A stretch of DNA of 64,000 nucleotides from Methanotrichaceae archaeon (GTDB lineage: Archaea; Halobacteriota; Methanosarcinia; Methanotrichales; Methanotrichaceae), in assembly GCA_963748825.1 (NCBI GenBank), contig CAVVKN010000006.1, forward strand, positions 64,001 to 128,000, given 5' to 3'. The notes beneath the pieces were generated by a model. The model did no database searches and was not told the origin of the DNA. It saw only the letters and a program-made list of their open reading frames with translations. Position numbers and translations under genes: made by a program. This document shows positions 48,572 through 58,370 of this stretch, one piece after another. The stretch's first letter is position 1; each line of letters starts with the position of its first letter.

Positions 48572-49878
48572 GGGGTTGACGCAAAATAATTTACCTAAAA
48601 GTTCTTGATTCCGGCAAGGTTACACGCGGCTTAATTGAATAATTCCAATTAGGATGTAATTCATGAAATATAATTTTTAGTTCTGCCATATCTTCATCCG
48701 AGATCCTTTTTCCTTTTTCATAGTCTCTTTCATCCAAGCGAGCCTCTACTTTAAGTCCTTTCTTTGTCTTGGTTGCACCGATTAGCTTGATAATCGTTTC
48801 ATAGCTGGCCAACGGCTTTCCACGCCAATTCATGCTTATGAATGAGAACATGCAATGCTCAATCTTATTCCATTTGCTTGTTCCCGGCGGAAAATGACAG
48901 ACTGTTATTGTCACTCCAATTTTGTCCGCCAAATCCTGCAAAAAGAATTTCCAGCTTCTGTTTCGGCTTCCATTGCTTCCCCCTCCATCCGCACAGATAA
49001 GCAAATTTTTACATTCTACATAATTGTATTTTCCAATCATATTCCACCATTGTCGGATGCTTTCAACGGCGAACTCCGCAGTGTTATAGCTCTTGCCCAC
49101 ATTAACCAAGCCATCATTTCGTTTGAGATCATAAATTCCATAAGGTATCGCAGAGCCTATCGCTAACGATGGAAAATCATACACATTTACCTCTTCGGGA
49201 TCGCCTATTTGCCTCCAAGTTCTACCTGAGTTCTTAAAATCGCCAATGCTCTCTTTTTTCTTTGCGTCTACAGAAATTACAGGATCGCCATTATCTATGA
49301 ATTTGGCTGCCTGTGTATTAATATAACGAAACTGACTATCTCTCTCAGGAACTGATTTGCCTTCTAATGTTTTTTTATTGGCTTGAAGCGAATAGCCACT
49401 TTCTTTCAAGAGACGTCCTACCGTATCGTGGCTCACATCATGCCCTTTTAACTGTAGCTCTTCGGCTATGGCATAGGTCGATTTATATGTCCATTTAAGA
49501 AGGCTCATTGGATCGCCTGCCGTGCTTTCTTTCATGAGATCTTCCAGGTCACTCATAAGAGATGGGTCCGTGTTTTTAGCCTTCTTCCGTCCGCCACCTG
49601 GCTTGCGGAGCCTCTCCGGCGGCTTCAATTCATCTTCGTTCTCAAGCTCTTGAACGCCCTTATCGATGGTCTTTCTGGATAATCCAGTTATGGCAGAGAC
49701 TTTTGAGACACCACCCCGACCGATCTCAAGGGCTTTGGCCGCTGCAAATCGCCTTGCTTGGACGGAATCAGCACCTGACATAGCTTTTAAAAAGGGTCCA
49801 TATTTAGCATCGTCATCCATAATTATAAAGACAACGTTCTACAATATAAGTTTGTGCATTTTATTCTGCGTCAACTCC
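48572..49878 (-). mobile_element. ISAzo13-family insertion sequence
   Basis: IRs GGGGTTGACGCAAAATAA / GGAGTTGACGCAGAATAA; 3-bp TSD TTA. Confidence 0.92.
48591..49820 (-). CDS. ISAzo13 family transposase
   Basis: GDPMS.LKWT.KS, ISVDAKKKE, ADGGGSN, HFPPGTSKWNKIEH, WNY.I.P. Confidence 0.93.
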   Translation of the reverse strand: MDDDAKYGPFLKAMSGADSVQARRFAAAKALEIGRGGVSKVSAITGLSRKTIDKGVQELENEDELKPPERLRKPGGGRKKAKNTDPSLMSDLEDLMKESTAGDPMSLLKWTYKSTYAIAEELQLKGHDVSHDTVGRLLKESGYSLQANKKTLEGKSVPERDSQFRYINTQAAKFIDNGDPVISVDAKKKESIGDFKNSGRTWRQIGDPEEVNVYDFPSLAIGSAIPYGIYDLKRNDGLVNVGKSYNTAEFAVESIRQWWNMIGKYNYVECKNLLICADGGGSNGSRNRSWKFFLQDLADKIGVTITVCHFPPGTSKWNKIEHCMFSFISMNWRGKPLASYETIIKLIGATKTKKGLKVEARLDERDYEKGKRISDEDMAELKIIFHELHPNWNYSIKPRVTLPESRTFR

Positions 49879-50155
49879 TTAGTTCGGATACGAACGAATA
49901 TGTCAGATCGGATGCCGCTTGGGCTCTTGGGGCTCTTAATAGTACCAAAGCCATAGGTCCCTTGACAGAAGCACTTAAGGATGTAGATCCCAGCGTTAGA
50001 TCTTCGGCCGCATATGCATTGGGAAAATTCAGCGCTGGAAGAGAAGCTTTGCTTAATTCTCTCAACGACGAAGATGCTAACGTGCGACTTGCTGCCAATT
50101 GGTCTTTAGAGAGAGTTAATCAAACATCCAGCTCAGAATAACTTTCACCTCTGTC

Positions 50156-50181
50156 AAGGGGAGCTTATGCCCCCTCTTTTT
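50156..50181 (+). terminator. Putative hairpin/T-tract terminator after the HEAT gene
   Basis: GGGGAGC-TTAT-GCCCCC followed by TTTTT. Confidence 0.4.
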
Positions 50182-50217
50182 AGTTTCACCATTGCAGCGA
50201 AAGCACATCCTAGCTTG

Positions 50218-50315
50218 GTTCTATGACATTATAAAAAGTTCTAAGTAAAATGCCATAGAACTATCTCCCATTCACCGAACCACCGCAAGCGAGTGCAAGA
50301 AGGCCCTGCTGAGGA
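50218..50315 (+). pseudogene. Remnant of the 126-aa gene with its palindromic promoter
   Basis: GTTCTATG-N28-CATAGAAC then ATT CAC CGA ACC...AAG GCC CTG, matching 35359-35455. Confidence 0.7.
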
Positions 50316-50613
50316 TTTGCCAGTGCGCATCTCCACAGGCCCCACTATCAATTTTAAGCCACGATCTCAGCCCAAAAGATAATAGGACCCCTATAAGATC
50401 ACAAAGATCAAACTATCGTAGCCATAGAATATGATCTTAAGGGTGCTGTAAGGGAATAGAAGGGAGGGAGAGCCAACAAGTCACAGAAAAGGTAGGAGGG
50501 AACATGCTCTTATCGACTCTCACCAATATTCATGTAGACATGTAACGAAATAAACGAGTTTGGATTATGTGAGGGCTATGTAACCTAAAGATGAATCTAG
50601 GAGCTTGGGTAGG

Positions 50614-51150
50614 CTAATCGAATCTCCGCCTCACAGCTGCCCCTCCCAGGCAGAACGTCGCCGGCCACCGCCCCACCTCGCGCGCCTCGTGCCCGCTCTC
50701 CTCCAGCCTCCTCTTTATCATCTCCTCCACCTCGCCGGGCCGGGTGTGGAAGACCTCTGCCAGGATCTCCTTGGCGGTCTGCAGCTCGATGACCCTGCTT
50801 ACCATCGGCCTGGGCTCGATTGGCCTGGCCTGCCGTCTCCAGGGCCACCTCATGAGTATGCCTCCAGCGTCCTCTGCGCTCCCGGCATCCTCGCCTCGGC
50901 CTTCCTGACTTTGGCCGGAGCCTGCTCGCCGTAGATGCAGAACACCAGGGTCGGCCAGCTCGGTCAGCTTCTGCAGGTGGGGGTCCAGCACCGGCGCGTA
51001 GAGCAGGATGGTGGCCTCCCTGGAGGTCTGCCTGAAGGCCTGGGCCAGGTACTCGACCATTCTCCGCCGGCATCCTCGTAGAGCAGGGGGTCGTGCTCCA
51101 CGATCGGGAAGCTGTGGTGGTTCTCCTGTAGGAATGGTCATGAGCTGGTA
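50614..51150 (-). pseudogene. Copy (D) of the PolB2-cassette front: decayed iRadA-like 3' half plus near-intact 72-aa gene paralog (50614-50853)
   Basis: LLYAP.LDP, then MRWPWRRQARPIEPR...AKEILAEVFH.RPGEVEEMI..RLEESGHEARE.GRWPATFCLG. Confidence 0.88.
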
Positions 51151-51277
51151 GACTGAGGGAGAACATGTAAAAGTATTTATTTATGTAAGATGACTAGAAC
51201 AAGCAAAGATACAGGACCAGGATGAATTTATAGAAAATTCGGCACACTACCTGGATGATTAACGATGGAGGGGTTTT

Positions 51278-52972
51278 GTGAAACCATTATGTTTAGTCTT
51301 TTTAATAGGCATGCTGATTTTATCTTCATCAGGATGCTCAAAAAGTATCGACAAAAATCAAAGTCAGCTCGAAGGATACCCGATTGCTTCCGATGTTTTT
51401 ACGACGCTCCAGATGACGGTCGTGCCTGACTTAATACCTTCGGGTTCGGAGACGGTTCTTCCTTATGAGATTTCAAAATACAAGCAAAACGGCTATGCTA
51501 ACTGGAGTTATGGACCCGGCATCGATTCTGTAAAGCGGCTCGACATTATGCCGACTAATTATAGTGGTGCATCAGCCACTAATTCTACAAGACTTTTGAG
51601 TTTCTTTGCCATAACCGACATCCATATCACCGACAAAGAATCTCCTGCTCAAGCGATCTACGAGGGCTACAAAGGCGGTTCTTCTTCGGCATATTCACCG
51701 GTCATGCTGTATACAACTCAGGTTCTCAACGCAGCCGTCCAGACGATAAACGCCATTCACAAACAAAATCCTTTTGATTTCGGTATATCTCTGGGCGATA
51801 CATGCAACAGCATTCAGTACAACGAACTAAGATGGTATATCGATGTCCTTGACGGCAAGAATATAAATCCTGATTCCGGTGCCAAGGATGATCCAATCCC
51901 GGGACCTTATAACGATTATCAGGACGAATACAAGGCAGCAGGGCTTAATAAGACGATCAATTGGTATCAGACTCTCGGCAACCACGATCATTTCTGGATG
52001 GGCTTTTTGCCGCCCAATGATTATCTCCGACAGAATGTAACCGGTAAAGATATACTCAACCTAGGTAATCCGTTCATCGACCCTCTCGGCCTGGATAGTC
52101 GAGGCTTTTACATGGGCTCAATAGACGGCCGGTCGCCTTACGGTGACATTATTGGTATTGGGCCTGCCAAAGACTTCACAATACCTCCGAAGGTACTTGT
52201 GGCCGATCCGAACCGCCGTTCACTATCGAGAGAAGAGTGGATAAGCGAATTTTTTAATACTTCTTCAAGTCCGAAGGGACATGGATTCAATCAATCTAAC
52301 GTAAAAACGGGATTCGCATGCTATACTTTTGAGCCGAACTCGACGAATTTACCGATCAAGGTTATCGTGCTCGACGATACCCAAAGGAACGATGACCCCA
52401 ACGATCCCGATACGCTCGGCTATGGAAATGGCTCTCTCGGCTATGGGCACGGTTCTCTTGACAGTGAGCGCTATAACTGGCTCGTAAGTGAACTTGATAA
52501 GGGTCAGACTGAAGGTAAGCTTATGATCATCGCTGCGCACATACCTATAGGCGTCGAACCAGCAGGTTCCATGATGGGTTGGAACCCAGCCGCTGAAGCA
52601 GAGCTGATTGCCAAACTGCATACATATCCGAATCTAATCATGTGGATCGCAGGACATCGTCATCTCAATACTGTTACCGCATTTAAATCACCGGATGATG
52701 CCCGTCCTGAACTCGGATTCTGGGAGATTGAAACCTCATCATTAAGGGATTTCCCTCAGCAGTTGCGCACTTTCGAGATTGTCCGCAACAGCGATAATAC
52801 GGTTTCAATCTTTACGACAGACGTTGATCCAGCGGTCAAAGACGGGTCGCTTGCTGCGATATCGCGTTCTTATGCTGTCGCGGCTCAGCAGCTATTCAAC
52901 AATTCGATAGGTCTGCTGCCTACTGGTTCGTACAATGCAGAGCTTGTCAAGCAATTGCCTCCGGAAATATAA
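51278..52972 (+). CDS. Secreted metallophosphoesterase (TIGR03768/RPA4764-like), probable lipoprotein
   Basis: SSGC lipobox-like; TDIHITDKESP, LGD, GNHDH, AAHIP, AGHRH, ETSSLRDFPQQ. Confidence 0.85.
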   Translation: MKPLCLVFLIGMLILSSSGCSKSIDKNQSQLEGYPIASDVFTTLQMTVVPDLIPSGSETVLPYEISKYKQNGYANWSYGPGIDSVKRLDIMPTNYSGASATNSTRLLSFFAITDIHITDKESPAQAIYEGYKGGSSSAYSPVMLYTTQVLNAAVQTINAIHKQNPFDFGISLGDTCNSIQYNELRWYIDVLDGKNINPDSGAKDDPIPGPYNDYQDEYKAAGLNKTINWYQTLGNHDHFWMGFLPPNDYLRQNVTGKDILNLGNPFIDPLGLDSRGFYMGSIDGRSPYGDIIGIGPAKDFTIPPKVLVADPNRRSLSREEWISEFFNTSSSPKGHGFNQSNVKTGFACYTFEPNSTNLPIKVIVLDDTQRNDDPNDPDTLGYGNGSLGYGHGSLDSERYNWLVSELDKGQTEGKLMIIAAHIPIGVEPAGSMMGWNPAAEAELIAKLHTYPNLIMWIAGHRHLNTVTAFKSPDDARPELGFWEIETSSLRDFPQQLRTFEIVRNSDNTVSIFTTDVDPAVKDGSLAAISRSYAVAAQQLFNNSIGLLPTGSYNAELVKQLPPEI

Positions 52973-53004
52973 GAAAAATTTAGGTGAGGAACAAGTCAAT
53001 AGGC

Positions 53005-53366
53005 TGACCACCGCCCGGCCGGGCTCGATCGCTCTCCGCAGCCTCCAGGGCCACCTCATGAGTATGCCTCCAGCGTCCTCTGCGCTCCCGGCATCCTCGC
53101 CTCGGCCTTCCGGGCTTTGGCCGGCTCACTGTAGATGCAGAACACCAGGGTTAGCCAGCTCCATCATCTTCTGCAGGTGAGGGTCCAGCGCCGGCGCGTA
53201 GAGCGGGATGGTCGCCTCCCTGGAGGTCTGATTCAGATCCTGGGCCACGTACGCATCATCTCTCCGGCATCCTCGTAGAGCAACGGGTCATGCCCCACGA
53301 CCAGGAAGCTGTGGTGGTTCTCCTCCTAGATAGTCATGAGCTGGAAGAGGGTGTTGGCGCGGCGCA
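53005..53366 (-). pseudogene. Copy (E) of the PolB2-cassette front
   Basis: Near-identical to 29522-29722 including the same in-frame TAG, and to 50840-50950. Confidence 0.88.
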
Positions 53367-53846
53367 ATGAAAGTGCTGGTATCCAGAAACCATGCGCCTG
53401 TGATCAAACGCACAACTAGAAACAAGTCCTTTAATCCCATTTCAACCGAAAACTGTATTATCTATAACGATCAGATAGATAGATTGCTGCGAGATAAGGC
53501 TGTAGCCGATTAAGCTCCGAGAATTGGGCACCTCGCTTAAATGCGAAGTCTTCGGTGAATGCGAGAATCTGTGGTACCTCGATCAGTTCTTATATGAGCG
53601 CGGCAAGAATCGAAATGTGTGCAGGCGAAGCGGGAGCAGGCTCTTCATCTCTGATGACGTGTCCCTGTAAGAAGGGCGCTGTGTCAAAATCCAGTGCTGC
53701 CTCGTCGTTGCCTGTGTGATGGCGCAGGGCGGGCTCAAGGCCGCCACTACGGTGGTTGGTCCCTTTGAGAAGGGCATTGTGGATCGGTGCTTGACTCGCC
53801 TAAAACATCACTGTATTATCGCACTATTCTTTGGCTCCGAGGTGCG

Positions 53847-54785
53847 CTATTTGAAAACCATGCTCTTCAGCTCTTCTTCGATTGCCTCGTTCATCTCCGG
53901 GCAGTATCCGTGCACTTTGCATCCCACCGTGTGCAATCTCTTCGGCTGCATTCCCCGGGCATAGGTCTGCTCTGCCAACTGGTAAGGTATGATGGTATCA
54001 TTGCGGGAATGAATCATGACCAGCGGTCGAGGTGCGATCCAGCGGAGATAAGTCTCAGGGTCGACGGATCGATAGAATCGGACCATATTCTTATCCACTA
54101 CACCAGCCGAAGCGATGGCAGCATCAGTTCCGTAGCCGCAGGTGCTGATGGCCAAAACGCCCTTGGCAGCAATGTCTAGGGCACAGGCCATGATGGCAAA
54201 GCGGCCTCCATTGCTCTCCCCGGCATAGATGATGCGTTTAGGGTCGATCTCGGGCCGGCTGCGCAGTATCTCGGCTGCGGCCATGGCATCATAAACCATC
54301 TTGTGCTCCGTCGGCTCTTCTCCCCTTAAAAACATCTGCAGATCACCTTGTGCATCGACTCCCCCCAGATTTCTCTGGTCAAGGGTGATGCTGGCAAATC
54401 CCAGATCTGCCAGATGTTTGGCCAGCTTCTGCTCCCGCTCTTTGCTGACGGTGGCTCCGGGCAAGAGCACAATGCCGGGAATGCTTCCATTCTTGCCATC
54501 TGCATCTGGCACGGGGATTCTCAGAAGCGCTGTGATTTTCGCATCACGGCTTTGGAACTGGACTGCAGAAAGGGTGCTGTTGCCGTCATCCTCAGGCGGG
54601 CTCAGATTGTATTGGGGCATGGAGACTTTGTACTCTAAAATTCCCTCATCGGATACTTTCCAGTCCCTGTCGTTTACTGCGGATGTGCTATCCGAAAAAA
54701 AATGCCATCCCAAGAGCAGAGCGATGACTCCAACCAGAACCATCAATCCAGTGCCCTTCCTGCGCTCCAGCATTTTTAAATGCAC
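53847..54785 (-). CDS. Membrane-anchored alpha/beta hydrolase
   Basis: GESNGG nucleophile elbow, HSRND, terminal His; N-terminal TM. Confidence 0.85.
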   Translation of the reverse strand: MHLKMLERRKGTGLMVLVGVIALLLGWHFFSDSTSAVNDRDWKVSDEGILEYKVSMPQYNLSPPEDDGNSTLSAVQFQSRDAKITALLRIPVPDADGKNGSIPGIVLLPGATVSKEREQKLAKHLADLGFASITLDQRNLGGVDAQGDLQMFLRGEEPTEHKMVYDAMAAAEILRSRPEIDPKRIIYAGESNGGRFAIMACALDIAAKGVLAISTCGYGTDAAIASAGVVDKNMVRFYRSVDPETYLRWIAPRPLVMIHSRNDTIIPYQLAEQTYARGMQPKRLHTVGCKVHGYCPEMNEAIEEELKSMVFK

Positions 54786-54789
54786 CTCT

Positions 54790-55098
54790 TCAGATGCTTG
54801 GCTCCCATTGTTGATCTGCCAATTTGGTCAGGCTGCCGTTTTTATTCAATTCATAGCCTATGGGAATTTTTCCCCAGCTCCACAGGCCCGTTGTAGCATC
54901 ATTGGTTGAGTTATTAGTCTGTGTCTGGTTGGTTTGATTCTGGGTGATCGTGGCGTTCTCTGATTGATTGGCTGAACTGCTTGTGAAGTTGGCCAGGATT
55001 GTCATACCGCTTTCCTGGCTGATCTTAATAGGCTCCAGTGACTGAGAGCTGCATGCCAGCGCAAAAAGGATTAGAGCTGAAATTATCAATTTTCTCAT
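54790..55098 (-). CDS. Secreted hypothetical protein (Asn/Gln/Thr-rich)
   Basis: Signal peptide; LWSWGKIPIGY motif. Confidence 0.7.
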   Translation of the reverse strand: MRKLIISALILFALACSSQSLEPIKISQESGMTILANFTSSSANQSENATITQNQTNQTQTNNSTNDATTGLWSWGKIPIGYELNKNGSLTKLADQQWEPSI

Positions 55099-55353
55099 AC
55101 CATATTCTCCTATTAGCCTTTTCAAACCCTTGTGTCAGCATTCGTAATTTTGCCCGCTCATTCTCGAACTAGGGCGTTTTCTGTTTTAGGCTGATCATTT
55201 CCTATGATAGTATCCTATTTCTATACCTTTCCTTTCTGACTAAAAGAATGATTCGCAGGGTGGTGCAAAAAAAACTGGGCTTAACAGTTTTCGCCAGCCT
55301 GCAGGGTTCTTGAGTTTTCTTTATATTATTTGCGTTCAAAGGAGATCATCGCA

Positions 55354-55644
55354 ATGAAGATTAACGAAAGAGCCCCGGTTATTGCATCTGGTGAGATCGA
55401 GGTCGCAGCCGATGCCAGTATTATTTGGGAGCTGATGTCCTCCATCGACCACTGGCCGGAATGGAATGCAGATGTGTTGTCCGCCTCTTTGCAGGGAGAA
55501 TTGGCTCCCGGATCGAAGTTCATCTGGAGGGCAGGACACACAACAATCACCTCCACAATCTCGCAGGTGGAGTCTCTCTTTGAGATCTTCCTGGAAAAGC
55601 TAAACACAGATCAAATAAGCATCAGGCTTCTCTTTTCCAGATAG
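55354..55644 (+). pseudogene. SRPBCC/polyketide cyclase family fragment
   Basis: EIEVAA....IWE.MSSIDHWPEWN, G..F.W; truncated and runs into the convergent HD gene. Confidence 0.6.
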
Positions 55645-56402
55645 GCCTGCAAGGAGTCTCTCACATGGATAATTTCCGGTTCCAAAGAGAGGTCGGCCAG
55701 CAGCCTTTCCAGGTAGCCTCTCTCTTTTACGCAGGCAAGTGTGATGGGAAAGTTGATGTCAAAGATCCAGCTCGAGTACATCAAACGCATGTCGCCCAAG
55801 GTTTTTAATGTGGCAATCCTCACCATCTTTCCCTGCAAAATGTCCGCGACCGCTTCATCAGTTAGCCCCAGCTCATCGGTCTGACCGAAGTCGAGTGCCT
55901 GGTTAGGATTCTGATCTCTTGTCTCAAAATGCTCAGTGACAATTCTCAGTATGTCCAGCTTGTCGGCATCCCTGATCAATTTCGAGAAGAGAGTAACGTC
56001 GGCCTTTTCAGTAACCGGTATCTTGTACTTGTTGTGATGCCAGATGCTCTTTCTAATTATGTTTCTCTCTCTTTTCGGCAGGCAGGAAAGGACCCCTGAT
56101 CTGTTGATAACCTTGAGGCCGAGAAGGGCATGATCCACAGTCAGGCTGTCATTGAAGGAGCCAAAGCCCCGCAGCTGCTCGAATCGGCCCACATCGTGAA
56201 AAAGGGCTAGCGCCTTCGCAAGGGCCACATCCTCTTCCTTCATGCTCAGAGATCTGGCGATTACTGTGATGTTCTCGCAGACTCGGTAGGTATGTCGAAG
56301 CTTGAGAATTATGTTCTGTTCAATTTCTGCATCCTGGCAATGGAAGCGGCTGGTATAATCTTCAAACCATTTGTGGCAGGAAAAAAGGTGTTTTCTATCC
56401 AT
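55611..56402 (-). CDS. HD domain phosphohydrolase
   Basis: LK..HT.RV, LFHDVGRFEQ, DHA, HHN, RDADKLD. Confidence 0.88.
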   Translation of the reverse strand: MDRKHLFSCHKWFEDYTSRFHCQDAEIEQNIILKLRHTYRVCENITVIARSLSMKEEDVALAKALALFHDVGRFEQLRGFGSFNDSLTVDHALLGLKVINRSGVLSCLPKRERNIIRKSIWHHNKYKIPVTEKADVTLFSKLIRDADKLDILRIVTEHFETRDQNPNQALDFGQTDELGLTDEAVADILQGKMVRIATLKTLGDMRLMYSSWIFDINFPITLACVKERGYLERLLADLSLEPEIIHVRDSLQAYLEKRSLMLI

Positions 56403-56403
56403 G

Positions 56404-56739
56404 TCAGGCTTTTAGGCACGAATCGTTCTTGAACGCGAATTTCATATCCGAGCTGTCCACTTGCCATGCTCCCATACTCTCGTCCTTTAGAAAGCCCATG
56501 GAAAGCCATAGCCCTCCCGGAAATGTACTCTCTCCTGGGTGCTCTTCATTGAACAGGCAGAAGAGATCATAGATGGCATGCCATCCCTCTGCTCCCATGT
56601 GCGGCCTGCCCTCCAGAACATATTCCACCTCATCCCAGTTGGGGACGACGATTTTTAAGAGAGCAATGAGTACATCGCATTCATTCTGGCAGGAGGAGAA
56701 GACGGCTCTTACCTGTTCTTCGCTTAAGATCGATTTCAT
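56404..56739 (-). CDS. Hypothetical protein
   Basis: 111-aa ORF in co-oriented cluster. Confidence 0.65.
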   Translation of the reverse strand: MKSILSEEQVRAVFSSCQNECDVLIALLKIVVPNWDEVEYVLEGRPHMGAEGWHAIYDLFCLFNEEHPGESTFPGGLWLSMGFLKDESMGAWQVDSSDMKFAFKNDSCLKA

Positions 56740-56760
56740 AAGAAAATTGAATTTAGGATT

Positions 56761-56979
56761 TCAGTGATGCGCTCCATGCGCATCCCCGTGCGCGCCGTGG
56801 GGCGCGGCATCGGATCCCGCTTTGACAGCCAGGAAATCCTTATCGATATAAGCTTGATGGGCCAGATCCAGGCACTCCTTGCACAGATTGAACATTTCAT
56901 CCTTGGGGCCGTGAATAGTAGCCAAATTGAGCTTGATAGGTACAGTCTCCTTCTCAACAAGACACAGCGCGCACTTCAT
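56761..56979 (-). CDS. Small metal-binding protein (CxxC...CxxC, His-rich tail)
   Basis: AGGTGA SD; CALC, CKEC, HGAHGDAHGAHH. Confidence 0.7.
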   Translation of the reverse strand: MKCALCLVEKETVPIKLNLATIHGPKDEMFNLCKECLDLAHQAYIDKDFLAVKAGSDAAPHGAHGDAHGAHH

Positions 56980-57014
56980 TTAATTCACCTTGTCTGCTGC
57001 TCTGATTCAAACGG

Positions 57015-57590
57015 TTATAAGCATTTCCTTTCAAGCGTTCCTTTCCACCGGCGGTAAAGATCGTTCTCTACTCCGAGAAGATCGAGCACCCGGCCCACCA
57101 GCACATCCACCAGATCATCCAGGCTCCGGGGCCGGGAGTAGAAGGCAGGGCAGGCCGGCAGGACAACCGCCCCCGCCTCGGCAGCAGCAACCATGTTGCG
57201 CAGCCCTACCAGGCTCAAGGGAGTTTCTCTGGGAACTATTATCAGCCTCCTTTTCTCTTTGAGGCAGACGTCCGCGGCCCGAGTGATGAGGGTGTCCGAG
57301 GAGCCGCAAGCAATTGCCGAGAGCGTTCCCATGCTGCAGGGGATGACAACCATGGCATGGAAGAGATGCGAGCCGCTGGCTATGGGCGCGGCAAAGTCGC
57401 GGGGCGCGTAAACGTGGTCTGCCAGATCCTGCACATCCTTTAGCAGATAATTCGTCTCAATTTCAATGATCTTTGCAGCCGAATCGGTTATTACCAGATG
57501 GGTAATGCAGCCCTTCTCCCGCAGGACTTGCAGGAGACGAATGCCATACGCCGCCCCCGATGCCCCGCTTATACCCACAACGATTTCCAC
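57015..57590 (-). CDS. ubiX: Flavin prenyltransferase
   Basis: GISGASG, ASGS, PCSMGTL, RAADVCLKE.R, RETP, PAFY. Confidence 0.95.
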   Translation of the reverse strand: MEIVVGISGASGAAYGIRLLQVLREKGCITHLVITDSAAKIIEIETNYLLKDVQDLADHVYAPRDFAAPIASGSHLFHAMVVIPCSMGTLSAIACGSSDTLITRAADVCLKEKRRLIIVPRETPLSLVGLRNMVAAAEAGAVVLPACPAFYSRPRSLDDLVDVLVGRVLDLLGVENDLYRRWKGTLERKCL

Positions 57591-57663
57591 ATAGATCTCC
57601 TCATTTATTATCGTATATCAATTTCTGTTCTATTTAATATCAAGCCTCTCTCGCGCAAGGCTC

Positions 57664-58344
57664 TCATCCACTTGCCATCTCCTCCATCCGCAGCCGCAAT
57701 AGAAGCTCACGAAAAGCATTCTCGTCGGGCCTGTCCGGCAAGGGGCTGGCCTCATATGCCTTTTCCAGTTGGCGCATCTTTTCCATGACTTCTTCGGCTC
57801 CAGGGTTATGCAAAACCGGCGCAAAGCAAATCCTGCCCTCCGAGAGGAGCTTTATTCCAAAATTGATCGTCCTCAAAGCCGTCCTGTAGCCTTTGCCCGC
57901 TATTTTGGCCGGCTTTTCTTCGGATTTGATCTGGCTTTCCGCCATCCCTTTTATGGAGTGATATGTCTGCCGGCAGAGGTTGGCCTGCACCAGGGCCGAT
58001 AGCTCCTCCTGGATAGAAGAGGGCTTAATGACGAGCGGGCTTGTGACATACCAGATAGCATTGACGTTTCCCTTGATGAGCTGATTTATGAGGTGGCCGA
58101 TCTCCCAGCCGAGGGTGTCATAAATCTCTCCTCCTCGGGCCGTTATCTCCTGGCGAACCGTGGGCGAAATCCTCTCGCCTCGCAGGAGGGCCCTGGTGGG
58201 TGCGACATAGATCATAACCAGGTCTATATCGCTCTCCTCGTTTTGCATGCCCCACATGTGCGAGCCGACGCAACTGATAAACATGGTTTTCATCCTGTTG
58301 TTGCTTATTTCTGCCAATTCTTGCAGATCAACGCACAGTTTCAT
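57664..58344 (-). CDS. Nucleotidyltransferase domain protein (YcgL/Pol-beta superfamily)
   Basis: GSHMWG....ESDID, KGNVN. Confidence 0.8.
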   Translation of the reverse strand: MKLCVDLQELAEISNNRMKTMFISCVGSHMWGMQNEESDIDLVMIYVAPTRALLRGERISPTVRQEITARGGEIYDTLGWEIGHLINQLIKGNVNAIWYVTSPLVIKPSSIQEELSALVQANLCRQTYHSIKGMAESQIKSEEKPAKIAGKGYRTALRTINFGIKLLSEGRICFAPVLHNPGAEEVMEKMRQLEKAYEASPLPDRPDENAFRELLLRLRMEEMASG

Positions 58345-58370
58345 CTTCTTGCACCAAGCAGAATCATCTG

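Larger units (their letters stand above)
48277..50141 (+). pseudogene. Secreted HEAT-repeat protein interrupted by ISAzo13
   Basis: Removing 48572-49878 plus one TTA restores ...IYSL-SSDTNEYVRSDAAWALG..., a 184-aa ORF. Confidence 0.9.

Noticed and set aside
29503-53366. Diversity-generating retroelement template/variable repeats
   Set aside because: No reverse transcriptase, and differences between repeats are not adenine-specific and include indels
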